Shown here one piece after another: positions 27,233-35,825 of a stretch of 64,000 nt of DNA. The stretch lies in NCBI GenBank assembly GCA_041661545.1, contig JBAZUH010000001.1:608148-672147 (forward strand), read 5' to 3'. Source of the DNA: Candidatus Staskawiczbacteria bacterium (GTDB taxonomy: Bacteria; Patescibacteriota; Minisyncoccia; Minisyncoccales; Staskawiczbacteraceae). A model generated the notes under the pieces. It ran no database searches and was not told where the DNA came from. It saw only the letters and a list, made by a program, of their open reading frames with translations. Position 1 is the stretch's first letter; each line of letters starts with the position of its first letter. The translations under genes were made by a program, and so were the position numbers.

Positions 27233-28939
27233 ATGAATCAAGAATCTGAAAAAAAAATATGTCAGAACTGTAAGCAGGACTTTATTATAGAGCCCGATGA
27301 TTTTGCGTTTTATGAAAAAATGAAGGTGCCCACACCAACCTTTTGCCCCGAGTGCCGGTATATTCGGCGGCTTTTAGATAGAAATGAATATAATTTTTAT
27401 AAACGCAAATGTGACGCAACAGGAGAAAATATTATTTCTATTTATCGCCCAGAGGCGCCGTTTCCAGTTTATAAGCAGGAATATTGGAAGTCGGATGCTT
27501 TTGACGCCACTTCTTATGGCCGTGATTTTGATTTTTCAAAATCATTTTTTGAACAATATGAAGAGCTCCGCCGTGCAGTGCCACATTTAGCGCTTGTAAA
27601 TTCTAACAGCCCAAACAGTGAATATACAAATCAATCTGAAGACAATAAAGATTGTTATATGCTTGTCACTAGTGGCTCAAATGAAAAATGTATGTATGGA
27701 AGTTGGAATCAATCAAAATGTTTTTTTTGCTCTGATTGCTATATGATTGAGCAATGTGAATTTTGCTATGAATCAATTAATTTAACCAAATGTTCTCAAT
27801 GCGCCTTTGCATATGATTGTGCTGATTGTGTAAATGTCTATTTTTCTAAAAATTGTCGAGGTTGTATAAATTGTTTTGGATGCGTGGGTTTAAGAAATAA
27901 GCAGTATTGTTGGTTTAACCAACAATTAAGCAAAGAAGATTACAGTGAAAAAGTTAAACAATTTGGTTGGACTCGCGAGAGAATAAAAAGTGCTCAAAAA
28001 GATTTGGCAGAATTGCAAAACAACTTGCCAGTGAAATATTATCATGGGTCTAAAATTCAAAATTCCACTGGAGACTATTTAGAAAATACTCAGAGGGCAA
28101 GAGTAGCATTTAATTGTCGAGAAAATAAGGACACCTCATATATGCAGGACGCGTGGAACCAAACCGAAGACTGCCGTGATTGCACAGAAATTATTATTGG
28201 CGAGCTGGCATATGAAATTCAAGGAGTTGAAACACCTCATCGGACAATTGTGGCGCGAAGTTGTTTCGGAAGCATCATTGATTCTGCTTATTGCGATATG
28301 TGTTTTGGAGTTAGAAATTGTTTTGGCTGTTTTGGATTAAAGCAAAAAGAATATTGTATTTTAAATAAGCAATATACCAAAAGCGATTATTTAGAATTAA
28401 AAGAGAAGATTATAAGCTACACGAGAAAAACAGGTGAGTGGGGAGAATATTTTCCATCCAATGTTTCGCCGTTTTCTTATAACGAATCAATGGCACAGGA
28501 TTATTTTCCTTTAACAAAAGAAGAAGCTCTCAAAAAAGGTTATTCTTGGTACGATAAACCAGAAACTAATTATTCTATTACGTTAACATCTGATAAATTA
28601 CCAGCAACTATTAACGACACTCAAGATGAAATTGTAAAAGAAATTATTAAATGTAAAACGCAGGAGAATGACAAAGAAAAAAATGATAATCCTCTTTGCG
28701 TGGGAGCCTTTAAATTGACACCGCTCGAATTGATGCTTTATCGTAAACTAAATATTCCTGTACCAGAGTATTGTTTTCCTTGTCGCCGAACAAAACGCTT
28801 TATGTTGCGCAATCCTCGAAGATTATGGCACCGTCATTGTATGAAAGAAGGTTGCACTAATGAATTTGAAACTTCTTATGCTCCAGATAGACCCGAGATA
28901 GTATATTGCGAACAGTGTTACAATGCCGAGGTGGCATAA
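27233..28939 (+). CDS. Uncharacterised Cys-rich multi-zinc-ribbon protein, paralog 3
   Basis: The ATG at 27233 (MNQESEKKICQNCKQDF...) aligns with the other copies. The ORF-track start at 27194 overlaps paralog 2. Confidence 0.85.
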   Translation: MNQESEKKICQNCKQDFIIEPDDFAFYEKMKVPTPTFCPECRYIRRLLDRNEYNFYKRKCDATGENIISIYRPEAPFPVYKQEYWKSDAFDATSYGRDFDFSKSFFEQYEELRRAVPHLALVNSNSPNSEYTNQSEDNKDCYMLVTSGSNEKCMYGSWNQSKCFFCSDCYMIEQCEFCYESINLTKCSQCAFAYDCADCVNVYFSKNCRGCINCFGCVGLRNKQYCWFNQQLSKEDYSEKVKQFGWTRERIKSAQKDLAELQNNLPVKYYHGSKIQNSTGDYLENTQRARVAFNCRENKDTSYMQDAWNQTEDCRDCTEIIIGELAYEIQGVETPHRTIVARSCFGSIIDSAYCDMCFGVRNCFGCFGLKQKEYCILNKQYTKSDYLELKEKIISYTRKTGEWGEYFPSNVSPFSYNESMAQDYFPLTKEEALKKGYSWYDKPETNYSITLTSDKLPATINDTQDEIVKEIIKCKTQENDKEKNDNPLCVGAFKLTPLELMLYRKLNIPVPEYCFPCRRTKRFMLRNPRRLWHRHCMKEGCTNEFETSYAPDRPEIVYCEQCYNAEVA

Positions 28940-28945
28940 AATGTC

Positions 28946-28965
28946 AGGTTGCCCACGGGCAACCT
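28946..28965. repeat. Palindrome P3 (AGGTTGCC-CACG-GGCAACCT)
   Basis: It lies between the paralog 3 stop and the tatD ATG, 9 nt upstream of the latter. Confidence 0.9.
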
Positions 28966-28974
28966 AAAACAATT

Positions 28975-29790
28975 ATGATAATAGATACACACTCACATCT
29001 TAATTTTAAGGCGTATGATGCCGATAGGGCAGAGGTTATAAAGCGCACAAAAGAGGCGGGGGTTGTTTGCATTAATGTGGGCACAAAATATGAGACTTCA
29101 AAACATGCTGTTGAGTTAGCCGAAAAAAATGAGGATATGTATGCTGCAATTGGATTGCATCCAATTCATATTAAAACCGATTTAATGAAATTGCGCATGG
29201 ATTTGGACGAGGGAGGCTTTGCGCCACTTGGTGAAGAGTTTGATGCCGAAAGATATAAAGAGTTAGCGAAATCAAAAAAAGTTGTGGCAATTGGTGAAGT
29301 TGGTTTAGATTATTATTACAAACCAAAAGGCACGGCAAAGAAAGAAAAATTTAAACAATTGCAGAAAGAAATTTTTTTTAAACAATTACAAATGGCCGGC
29401 GAACTTAATTTGCCAGTGATTGTGCATTGCCGAGTTGCATATGGTGATGCTCATGAAATGTTAAACAGTCAAAATTTACAAGGAGTAATTCATTCTTTCA
29501 CGGGAACTATTGAAGAGGCAAAAAAATTTCTTGATTTGGGTTTTTACATTGGAGTTAACGGAATAATTTTTAAGCTTAGTTTAGACGAAGTTGTTAAAAG
29601 CATTCCTTTAGATAAAATTGTAGTTGAAACAGATTGTCCTTATCTCACGCCACCCCAAGCAGGAGCCGAGCGTAACGAACCAATTTTTGTAAAACATGTT
29701 ATTCAAAAAATAGCTGAGCTCAAAGGGCTAAGTTTTGAGGAGGTCGCACAGGCGACCACCGCCAACGCTCAAAAATTGTTTAAAATTTAG
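28975..29790 (+). CDS. tatD: TatD family metal-dependent hydrolase/DNase
   Basis: MIIDTHSHLNF... and VETDCPYLTP. The ORF-track extension back to 28906 only reads through the palindrome. Confidence 0.85.
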   Translation: MIIDTHSHLNFKAYDADRAEVIKRTKEAGVVCINVGTKYETSKHAVELAEKNEDMYAAIGLHPIHIKTDLMKLRMDLDEGGFAPLGEEFDAERYKELAKSKKVVAIGEVGLDYYYKPKGTAKKEKFKQLQKEIFFKQLQMAGELNLPVIVHCRVAYGDAHEMLNSQNLQGVIHSFTGTIEEAKKFLDLGFYIGVNGIIFKLSLDEVVKSIPLDKIVVETDCPYLTPPQAGAERNEPIFVKHVIQKIAELKGLSFEEVAQATTANAQKLFKI

Positions 29791-29879
29791 TAAAAATATC
29801 AAAAAATCGCCTAAAAGGGCGGTTTTTTGCTGGGGCTTTAAAAATAATGACAATATGCTATTATAAAGTTAATTATTTT

Positions 29880-32345
29880 ATGAAGTATAATCCTAAAAAA
29901 ATTGAATCTAAATGGCAGGACAAATGGGCCTCAAAAGGGGTTTTTAAGGCTAAAAATGGCTCTAAAAAGAAGAAATATTATCTTTTGGTAGAGTTTCCTT
30001 ACCCTTCGGGAGACGGTTTGCATGTGGGCCATTGCCGAAGCTTTACTGCTTTTGATATAATTGCCCGAAAACGTAGAATGCAGGGCTATAATGTTTTATA
30101 TCCTATGGGTTGGGATGCTTTTGGTTTGCCTACCGAAAATTATGCTATTAAAAAAGGAGTGCATCCATCTGTGGTTACTAAAAAGAATACGGATAACTTT
30201 AGAAGCCAAATGCAAAATTTAGGATTGTCTTTTGACTGGAGCCGTGAAATTGATACAACAAATCCTAAATATTATAAATGGACACAATGGATTTTTATTC
30301 AATTATTTAAAAATGGGTTAGCTTATAAAAGTAAAATATCTATTAATTGGTGCCCAAAAGATAAAATTGGTTTAGCCAATGAAGAAGTTATAGATGGAAA
30401 ATGCGAAAGATGCGGAACAAAAGTTGAGAAAAGAGAAAAAGATCAATGGATGATAAAAATTACCAATTATGCTGAAAGGTTAATTAAAGATTTAGAAGAA
30501 GTTAATTATTTAGAAAAAATTAAAACTCAACAAAGAGACTGGATTGGACAAAGCCATGGAGCTTTAGTTAAATTTTTTGTTGAAGGAGTAGAAGAGCATT
30601 TAGATGTTTTTACAACTAGAATAGATACAATATTTTCTGGAACATTTTTAATTTTAGCACCTGGTCACAGTTTTATAGATAAATATAAAAATAAAATTGA
30701 AAATATAGAAGAAGTTTTAAAATATAAAGAAGACTCAAAAAATGTTTCTGATGTAGATAGAACTAACCAAGACAAAGAGATAACAGGTGTTCAGCTAAAG
30801 GGAATTGTAGTTAGAAATCCAGCAACCAACGAAGAAATGCCAGTTTGGGTAGCAGACTTTGTTTTAGAACATTATGGAACAGGAGCTGTTTTTGCAGATG
30901 CACATGACAAAAGAGATTTTAAAATGGCTAAGAAATATGGCATACCTTTGCGTACTTCAATAAAACCCCCCGCCTCCGCTGAAGGCTTCGGCGAGGCAAA
31001 GGATGATGAAGAATTTGTTCAAAAGGTCAAAAGATTAGAAGAATGTTATGAAGGGGAGGGAACGCTTTACAACTCTCAACAGTTTGATGGATTAAAATCA
31101 GCAGATGCGAGACCTCAAATAATATCTTGGTTATCTACAAAATGGTTGGCTCAACCTAAGGTTAGCTATAAACTAAGAGATTGGGTTTTTTCTCGCCAGC
31201 ATTATTGGGGTGAGCCAATACCAATGATATTTTGCAAAAAATGTGGATGGCAGCCAGTTAAAGAAAAAGACTTACCAATAACTTTGCCTAATGTAAAAAA
31301 ATATAAACCAACTGATACTGGAGAATCTCCGCTTTCTTTAATTGAGAAATGGGTTAAGACTTCTTGCCCTGAGTGTGGCCAAGATGCAAAAAGAGAAACA
31401 GATACAATGCCAAATTGGGCAGGTTCTAATTGGTACTATTTAAGATATTTAGATAATAAAAATAATAAAAAATTAGCTGACGAAAAATTAGTAAGATATT
31501 GGATGCCAGTTGATTGGTATAATGGAGGAATGGAGCACACAACTTTGCATTTATTATATTCTAGATTTATTTTTAAATTTTTATGGGATATTAAAGCAGT
31601 TCCTGCGAGCGTGGGTTCAGAGCCATATAAAAAAAGAACTTCTCACGGGATGGTTTTGGGTGAGGGGGGAATTAAAATGTCTAAATCTAAGGGAAATGTT
31701 ATAAATCCAGATACAATTATAAAACAATATGGAGCAGACACTTTGCGTATTTATGAAATGTTTATGGGGCCATTTGAGCAAATGATTCCCTGGGATACAA
31801 AAGGTGTTGTTGGATGCAGAAGATTTATAGAAAAAATTTACAATTTGGCTAACTATAAAGTAGCGTCGGGTAAACCTAATATAGAATTAAAAAAATATTT
31901 ACACAAATCTATTAGAAAAGTTAGCGAAGATGTTGAATTGTTAAAATTTAATACAGCAATTAGTTCTATGATGGAATTTGTGAATGCTTGGCAAACTTCA
32001 GCCGAGGGGCTAGACAAAAAAGATTTTGCCGATTTTTTGAGAATATTATCTCCATTTGCACCACATTTAGCAGAAGAGCTTTGGACGGAGACAGATTTAA
32101 AAGATTTATGTTGCATTCAAAAATGGCCAAAGTATGATGAAAAATTAATTGAAGAAAAAAATATACTTTTAATAGTTCAAATAAATGGGAAAGTGCGAGA
32201 TAAAATAGAAATGAAAGCTGGTGCTACACAAAAAGAAGTAGAAAAATTAGTTTTAAAGTCAGAGAAAATAAAAGCATTGATAGGTGACTCCGAAGTAAAA
32301 AAAATAGTCTTTGTTCCAAACAAATTAATTAACATAGTTATATGA
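29880..32345 (+). CDS. leuS: Leucine--tRNA ligase
   Basis: MKYNPKKIESKWQDKWA, FPYPSGDGLHVGH (HIGH), KMSKSKGN. Confidence 0.95.
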   Translation: MKYNPKKIESKWQDKWASKGVFKAKNGSKKKKYYLLVEFPYPSGDGLHVGHCRSFTAFDIIARKRRMQGYNVLYPMGWDAFGLPTENYAIKKGVHPSVVTKKNTDNFRSQMQNLGLSFDWSREIDTTNPKYYKWTQWIFIQLFKNGLAYKSKISINWCPKDKIGLANEEVIDGKCERCGTKVEKREKDQWMIKITNYAERLIKDLEEVNYLEKIKTQQRDWIGQSHGALVKFFVEGVEEHLDVFTTRIDTIFSGTFLILAPGHSFIDKYKNKIENIEEVLKYKEDSKNVSDVDRTNQDKEITGVQLKGIVVRNPATNEEMPVWVADFVLEHYGTGAVFADAHDKRDFKMAKKYGIPLRTSIKPPASAEGFGEAKDDEEFVQKVKRLEECYEGEGTLYNSQQFDGLKSADARPQIISWLSTKWLAQPKVSYKLRDWVFSRQHYWGEPIPMIFCKKCGWQPVKEKDLPITLPNVKKYKPTDTGESPLSLIEKWVKTSCPECGQDAKRETDTMPNWAGSNWYYLRYLDNKNNKKLADEKLVRYWMPVDWYNGGMEHTTLHLLYSRFIFKFLWDIKAVPASVGSEPYKKRTSHGMVLGEGGIKMSKSKGNVINPDTIIKQYGADTLRIYEMFMGPFEQMIPWDTKGVVGCRRFIEKIYNLANYKVASGKPNIELKKYLHKSIRKVSEDVELLKFNTAISSMMEFVNAWQTSAEGLDKKDFADFLRILSPFAPHLAEELWTETDLKDLCCIQKWPKYDEKLIEEKNILLIVQINGKVRDKIEMKAGATQKEVEKLVLKSEKIKALIGDSEVKKIVFVPNKLINIVI
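30966..31001. repeat. GC-rich hairpin mini-element, in frame inside leuS (copy I3)
   Basis: cccccgcctccgctgaaggcttcggcgaggcaaagg encodes PPASAEGFGEAK. GCCTC(c)GCTGAA-ggc-TTCGGCGAGGC folds into about 11 bp with one bulge. Confidence 0.6.
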
Positions 32346-33973
32346 TGAAAAAAATATTATTAGGAAATGAAGCAATAATTCAAGGAGCCTTATCGGCAGG
32401 GGTTTCTTATGTTTCTGGTTATCCTGGATGCCCTTCGGCAGAAATTGGAGATGATTTTGCTAAAATAGCTGCTAAGAATGGGGTTTATGTAGAATGGGCA
32501 ACAAATGAAAAAGTTGGCCTAGAATCAGCTATTGGTGCTAGTTTCTCTGGTTTAAAAAGCTTGGTAAATATGAAAAGCTTTGGAATTAATGTTTGTTCTG
32601 ATTCTTTATTGCCTTTAGCTTATACAGGTACTAAAGGGGCCATGGTTATTGTGGTGGCTGACGACCCTTCTTGTTGGAGCTCAGCTCAGACAGAGCAAAA
32701 CACAAGAGCTTATTCTCAGTTTGGCCACATTCCAACATTAGAGCCAGCTGACCCACAAGAATGTTATGATTTTACAAAATTAGCCTTTGAAATTTCAGAA
32801 AAATTTAATACACCGGTTATTCTGCATACTACTACAAGAGTTAATCATCAAAAGATGCCAGTCCTCTATGAGGAAATTCGAAATCCGAATATCGAAATTC
32901 GAAAGGGGGAATTTGTTAAAGATCCGCATAGGTTTACAACCATGCCCCCAAGAACTTTGGAGCAGAAAAAAGAGCTTTTAGAAAAGATTAAAAAGATTCA
33001 AACATTTGCAGAAAAATCCAAAGTAAACAAAATAGATTTGTCGAAAAACAAGGTTGGTATTGTTGTTTCGGGCGTTTCTTATTTACATGTTAAAGAAGCT
33101 TTAGAAGAATTAAAATTGAATTTACCAATTTTAAAGCTTGGATTTTTTTATCCATTACCAGAAGAAAAAATTAAAAAATTTATTAAACCATTAAAAAAAC
33201 TTTTAGTTGTTGAGGAATTAGATAATTATTTAGAAAGAGAAATTAATGTTTTAACTAGAAGTATAAATCCCAAGCTCCAAATTTTTGGTAAAAATTTATT
33301 ACCAGTAATTGGAGAGTTAAATACAGAAAAAATCTATATTGCATTAGCTAAAATAACAGGCAGAAAATTTCCTGAATTTAAAATTAAAAATTTAAAATTA
33401 AAAATTCCAAACCGAACGGCGCGGTTGTGCGAGGGTTGCCCTTATTGGTATGTATTTCCAACCTTAAAAAGAGTTGCTCCAGATGCTATTTTTACAGGAG
33501 ATATTGGGTGCAATATGATTGCAGGATTTGCCCCACACAATATACAAGATACGCTTTTTTCTATGGGAGCTAGTTTGGGAATTGCACATGGAGTTTCAAA
33601 ATCTACCAATCAAAAAGTAATTTCTATAATGGGAGATGGAACTTTTTTTCATGCAGGAATTTCACCCCTATTAAATGCTGTTTATAATAAATCTAAGCCT
33701 CTTATGATTATTTTAGACAATAGGATTACTGCTATGACGGGCCACCAACAAAACCCAGGAATGGGCAAAACTTTAATGGGTGAAGTTACAACAGAGGTAA
33801 GCATAGAAGAAATTGCCAGAGCCTGTGGGGTAAAAAATGTAAAAGTTTTAGATCCTATAAACATAAAAGAGTTAGAAAGTACAGTTAAAGAGTTTTTAGC
33901 AAAAGATGAAGTATCATTAATAATTTGTAAAAGAATTTGCGCTCTTTTAGAGAGAAGGCAAGCTAAAAAATAA
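32342..33973 (+). CDS. iorA: Indolepyruvate:ferredoxin oxidoreductase alpha subunit-like (2-oxoacid oxidoreductase, TPP-binding)
   Basis: LLGNEAIIQGALSAGVSYVSGYPGCPSAEI, and GDIGC...GDGTFFH TPP motifs. Confidence 0.75.
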   Translation: MMKKILLGNEAIIQGALSAGVSYVSGYPGCPSAEIGDDFAKIAAKNGVYVEWATNEKVGLESAIGASFSGLKSLVNMKSFGINVCSDSLLPLAYTGTKGAMVIVVADDPSCWSSAQTEQNTRAYSQFGHIPTLEPADPQECYDFTKLAFEISEKFNTPVILHTTTRVNHQKMPVLYEEIRNPNIEIRKGEFVKDPHRFTTMPPRTLEQKKELLEKIKKIQTFAEKSKVNKIDLSKNKVGIVVSGVSYLHVKEALEELKLNLPILKLGFFYPLPEEKIKKFIKPLKKLLVVEELDNYLEREINVLTRSINPKLQIFGKNLLPVIGELNTEKIYIALAKITGRKFPEFKIKNLKLKIPNRTARLCEGCPYWYVFPTLKRVAPDAIFTGDIGCNMIAGFAPHNIQDTLFSMGASLGIAHGVSKSTNQKVISIMGDGTFFHAGISPLLNAVYNKSKPLMIILDNRITAMTGHQQNPGMGKTLMGEVTTEVSIEEIARACGVKNVKVLDPINIKELESTVKEFLAKDEVSLIICKRICALLERRQAKK

Positions 33974-33974
33974 T

Positions 33975-34547
33975 ATGAATAATAAAACTTTTAATTTAAT
34001 TTTAACAGGGGTTGGTGGGCAAGGAATAATTACTTTATTACAAGTAATTGATGAAGCAGCGGTTGTTGAGGGGTTAGACGTAAAGTCATCTGAGCTTCAT
34101 GGTTTATCACAAAGAGGGGGAAGTGTTGAGGCACATGTAAGATTTGGTAAAAAAGTTTATTCTCCAATGGTGTCTAACGGGCAAGCAGATTTAATTTTAG
34201 CATTAGAAACTCTTGAAGGCTTAAGAGAATCAGCTAAGGCTGGTAAACAAACAAAACTTTTGGTTAATGAATATATCTTGCCATTAATGGGCGCTCCAGC
34301 AAAAGAAGAAATTATAAAACAATTAAAGGCCACACAAAATGATTTATATTTAGTGCCAGCTTCAGCTGATTGCAGAGAAAAGTTACAAAATGAAGTTGTT
34401 TGCACTTTGTATATGGTGGGGTATTCAGTTGCTAAAAAATTGATGCCATTGAAAAAAGAATCTGTATTAACTGCAATAAAAAATGTTATTCCTGAAAAAT
34501 ATTTAGATTTAAATATTAAAGCATTTGAATTAGGATATAATGGTTAA
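33975..34547 (+). CDS. iorB: Indolepyruvate oxidoreductase beta subunit-like
   Basis: LTGVGGQGIITL, and its position directly after iorA. Confidence 0.7.
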   Translation: MNNKTFNLILTGVGGQGIITLLQVIDEAAVVEGLDVKSSELHGLSQRGGSVEAHVRFGKKVYSPMVSNGQADLILALETLEGLRESAKAGKQTKLLVNEYILPLMGAPAKEEIIKQLKATQNDLYLVPASADCREKLQNEVVCTLYMVGYSVAKKLMPLKKESVLTAIKNVIPEKYLDLNIKAFELGYNG

Positions 34548-35292
34548 AAAAGTTATTATAGCTGTTGCGGGGCAAGGAACCCGTATGCAGGAACTGACAA
34601 AAGATAAATCAAAACATTTGATTGAAGTAAATGGTAAGCCATTTTTGTTTTATGTTTTAGATAATTTGACTAAAGCAGGCTATGATGATTTTACTCTAGT
34701 GGTGGGCTTTGAAGCAGAATTAATTAAAAAGTTTGTGGATGATTACGGTTTTAAAGTAAAGATTATCAATCAGTTTGAAATTTTAGGACCTAAAGAAAAA
34801 ATTTATGGAACCGCTTGCCCTTTAATGTGTGTAGAGAATACTCAAGAGTCATTTTTATATATTTCTGGTGATAATTTTTACTCGGTAGAAGATTTGAAAC
34901 AAGCTAATATTGATGACGAATTTAACTATATTTTTGGCGCAGAAAGTATGCATCCGGAAGACTTTGGGGTTTTGGTGCCCTTCGACTTGGCTCAGGGCAG
35001 GCCCGGCGGTGAATTTTTGAAAGAAATTGTTGAAAAACCTAGGTTGCCCATGGGCAACCTGATTAATGTAAGTTTGTATAAGTTTACGCCAGAAATTTTT
35101 AAAAAAATATCTCAAATAGAAAAATCATCTCGCGGAGAGTACGAAATTACAGATGCGGTTTCTTTATTGGCTCAAGAAAAAAAGGTTAAGATAAAAAAAA
35201 TGAAGGGCTTTTGGATAGACTTTGGTAGGCCTGAAGATGTTAAAAAACTAGAAGATTTTCTAAATGGAAATAATAAAGAAGAACAAAAATAA
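34540..35292 (+). CDS. Sugar-1-phosphate nucleotidyltransferase
   Basis: AVAGQGTRMQELTKDKSKHLIEVNGKP and EKP..P..NLIN..LYKF. Confidence 0.75.
   Translation: MVKKVIIAVAGQGTRMQELTKDKSKHLIEVNGKPFLFYVLDNLTKAGYDDFTLVVGFEAELIKKFVDDYGFKVKIINQFEILGPKEKIYGTACPLMCVENTQESFLYISGDNFYSVEDLKQANIDDEFNYIFGAESMHPEDFGVLVPFDLAQGRPGGEFLKEIVEKPRLPMGNLINVSLYKFTPEIFKKISQIEKSSRGEYEITDAVSLLAQEKKVKIKKMKGFWIDFGRPEDVKKLEDFLNGNNKEEQK
34976..35011. repeat. GC-rich mini-element, in frame (copy I4)
   Basis: gtgcccttcgacttggctcagggcaggcccggcggtg encodes VPFDLAQGRPGG. Its first 23 nt match the ybeY copy at 21 of 23 positions. Confidence 0.75.
35041..35060. repeat. Palindrome P4 (AGGTTGCC-CATG-GGCAACCT) inside a CDS
   Basis: A perfect 20-nt palindrome with the same arms as P2 and P3. 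It encodes RLPMGNL of the nucleotidyltransferase. Confidence 0.9.
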
Positions 35293-35824
35293 TATAAATA
35301 AAATAATTACTGCTCTTAAAAAAGGGGCAGTTTTGGTTTTTCCTACAGATACAGTTTATGGATTGGTTTGTGACGCTAGTAATAAAAAAGCTGTAGAAAA
35401 AATATTTAAAATTAAGAAAAGAGATAAATCAAAGCCGTTGGGAGTTTTTGTAAAAGACATCAAAACCGCTTTTAAAATTGCTGTTGTAAAAAAAGAATAC
35501 GAAAAGTTTTTGAAGAATAATAAAAATACAGTAATTTTAAAGTCCCGCCTTCGCCAAGGTTTCGGCGGGCGAAGTAAGAAAACAATAGGAATTAGAATTC
35601 CTAAATACAAATTTTTAAATTTAATTTTAGATGAATTTAAGAAACCAATTGCTCAAACTTCGGCAAATATTTCGGGCAAGCCCGCAACTACAAAAATAAA
35701 AGAAGTTTTAAAACAGCTTGGAAAAGAAAATATTTTAATTATTGATGCTGGTGATTTGATAAAAAATAAACCATCAGCCATAATAGATTTAACGGGCGCT
35801 AAAAATAAAATTATAAGAAAATAA
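35264..35824 (+). CDS. tsaC: L-threonylcarbamoyladenylate synthase (TsaC/YrdC family)
   Basis: GAVLVFPTDTVYGLVCDASN...KIKKRDKSKPL...SANISG. Confidence 0.85.
   Translation: MEIIKKNKNNINKIITALKKGAVLVFPTDTVYGLVCDASNKKAVEKIFKIKKRDKSKPLGVFVKDIKTAFKIAVVKKEYEKFLKNNKNTVILKSRLRQGFGGRSKKTIGIRIPKYKFLNLILDEFKKPIAQTSANISGKPATTKIKEVLKQLGKENILIIDAGDLIKNKPSAIIDLTGAKNKIIRK
35544..35574. repeat. GC-rich hairpin mini-element, in frame inside tsaC (copy I5)
   Basis: cccgccttcgccaaggtttcggcgggcgaag encodes SRLRQGFGGRS. Possible pairings are CCCGCC/GGCGGG or CTTCGCC/GGCGAAG. Confidence 0.65.
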
Positions 35825-35825
35825 T

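Noticed and set aside
28906-28974. N-terminal extensions in the ORF track: 28906 for tatD, 27194 for paralog 3, 29847 for leuS, 43012 for the pyrC-like gene, 37642 for the 2H phosphoesterase, 7056 for the histidine phosphatase, 15142 for purN, and 61674 for the CA-like gene.
   Set aside because: The extensions overlap upstream genes or read through palindromes or intergenic sequence. Internal starts line up with the family N-termini.
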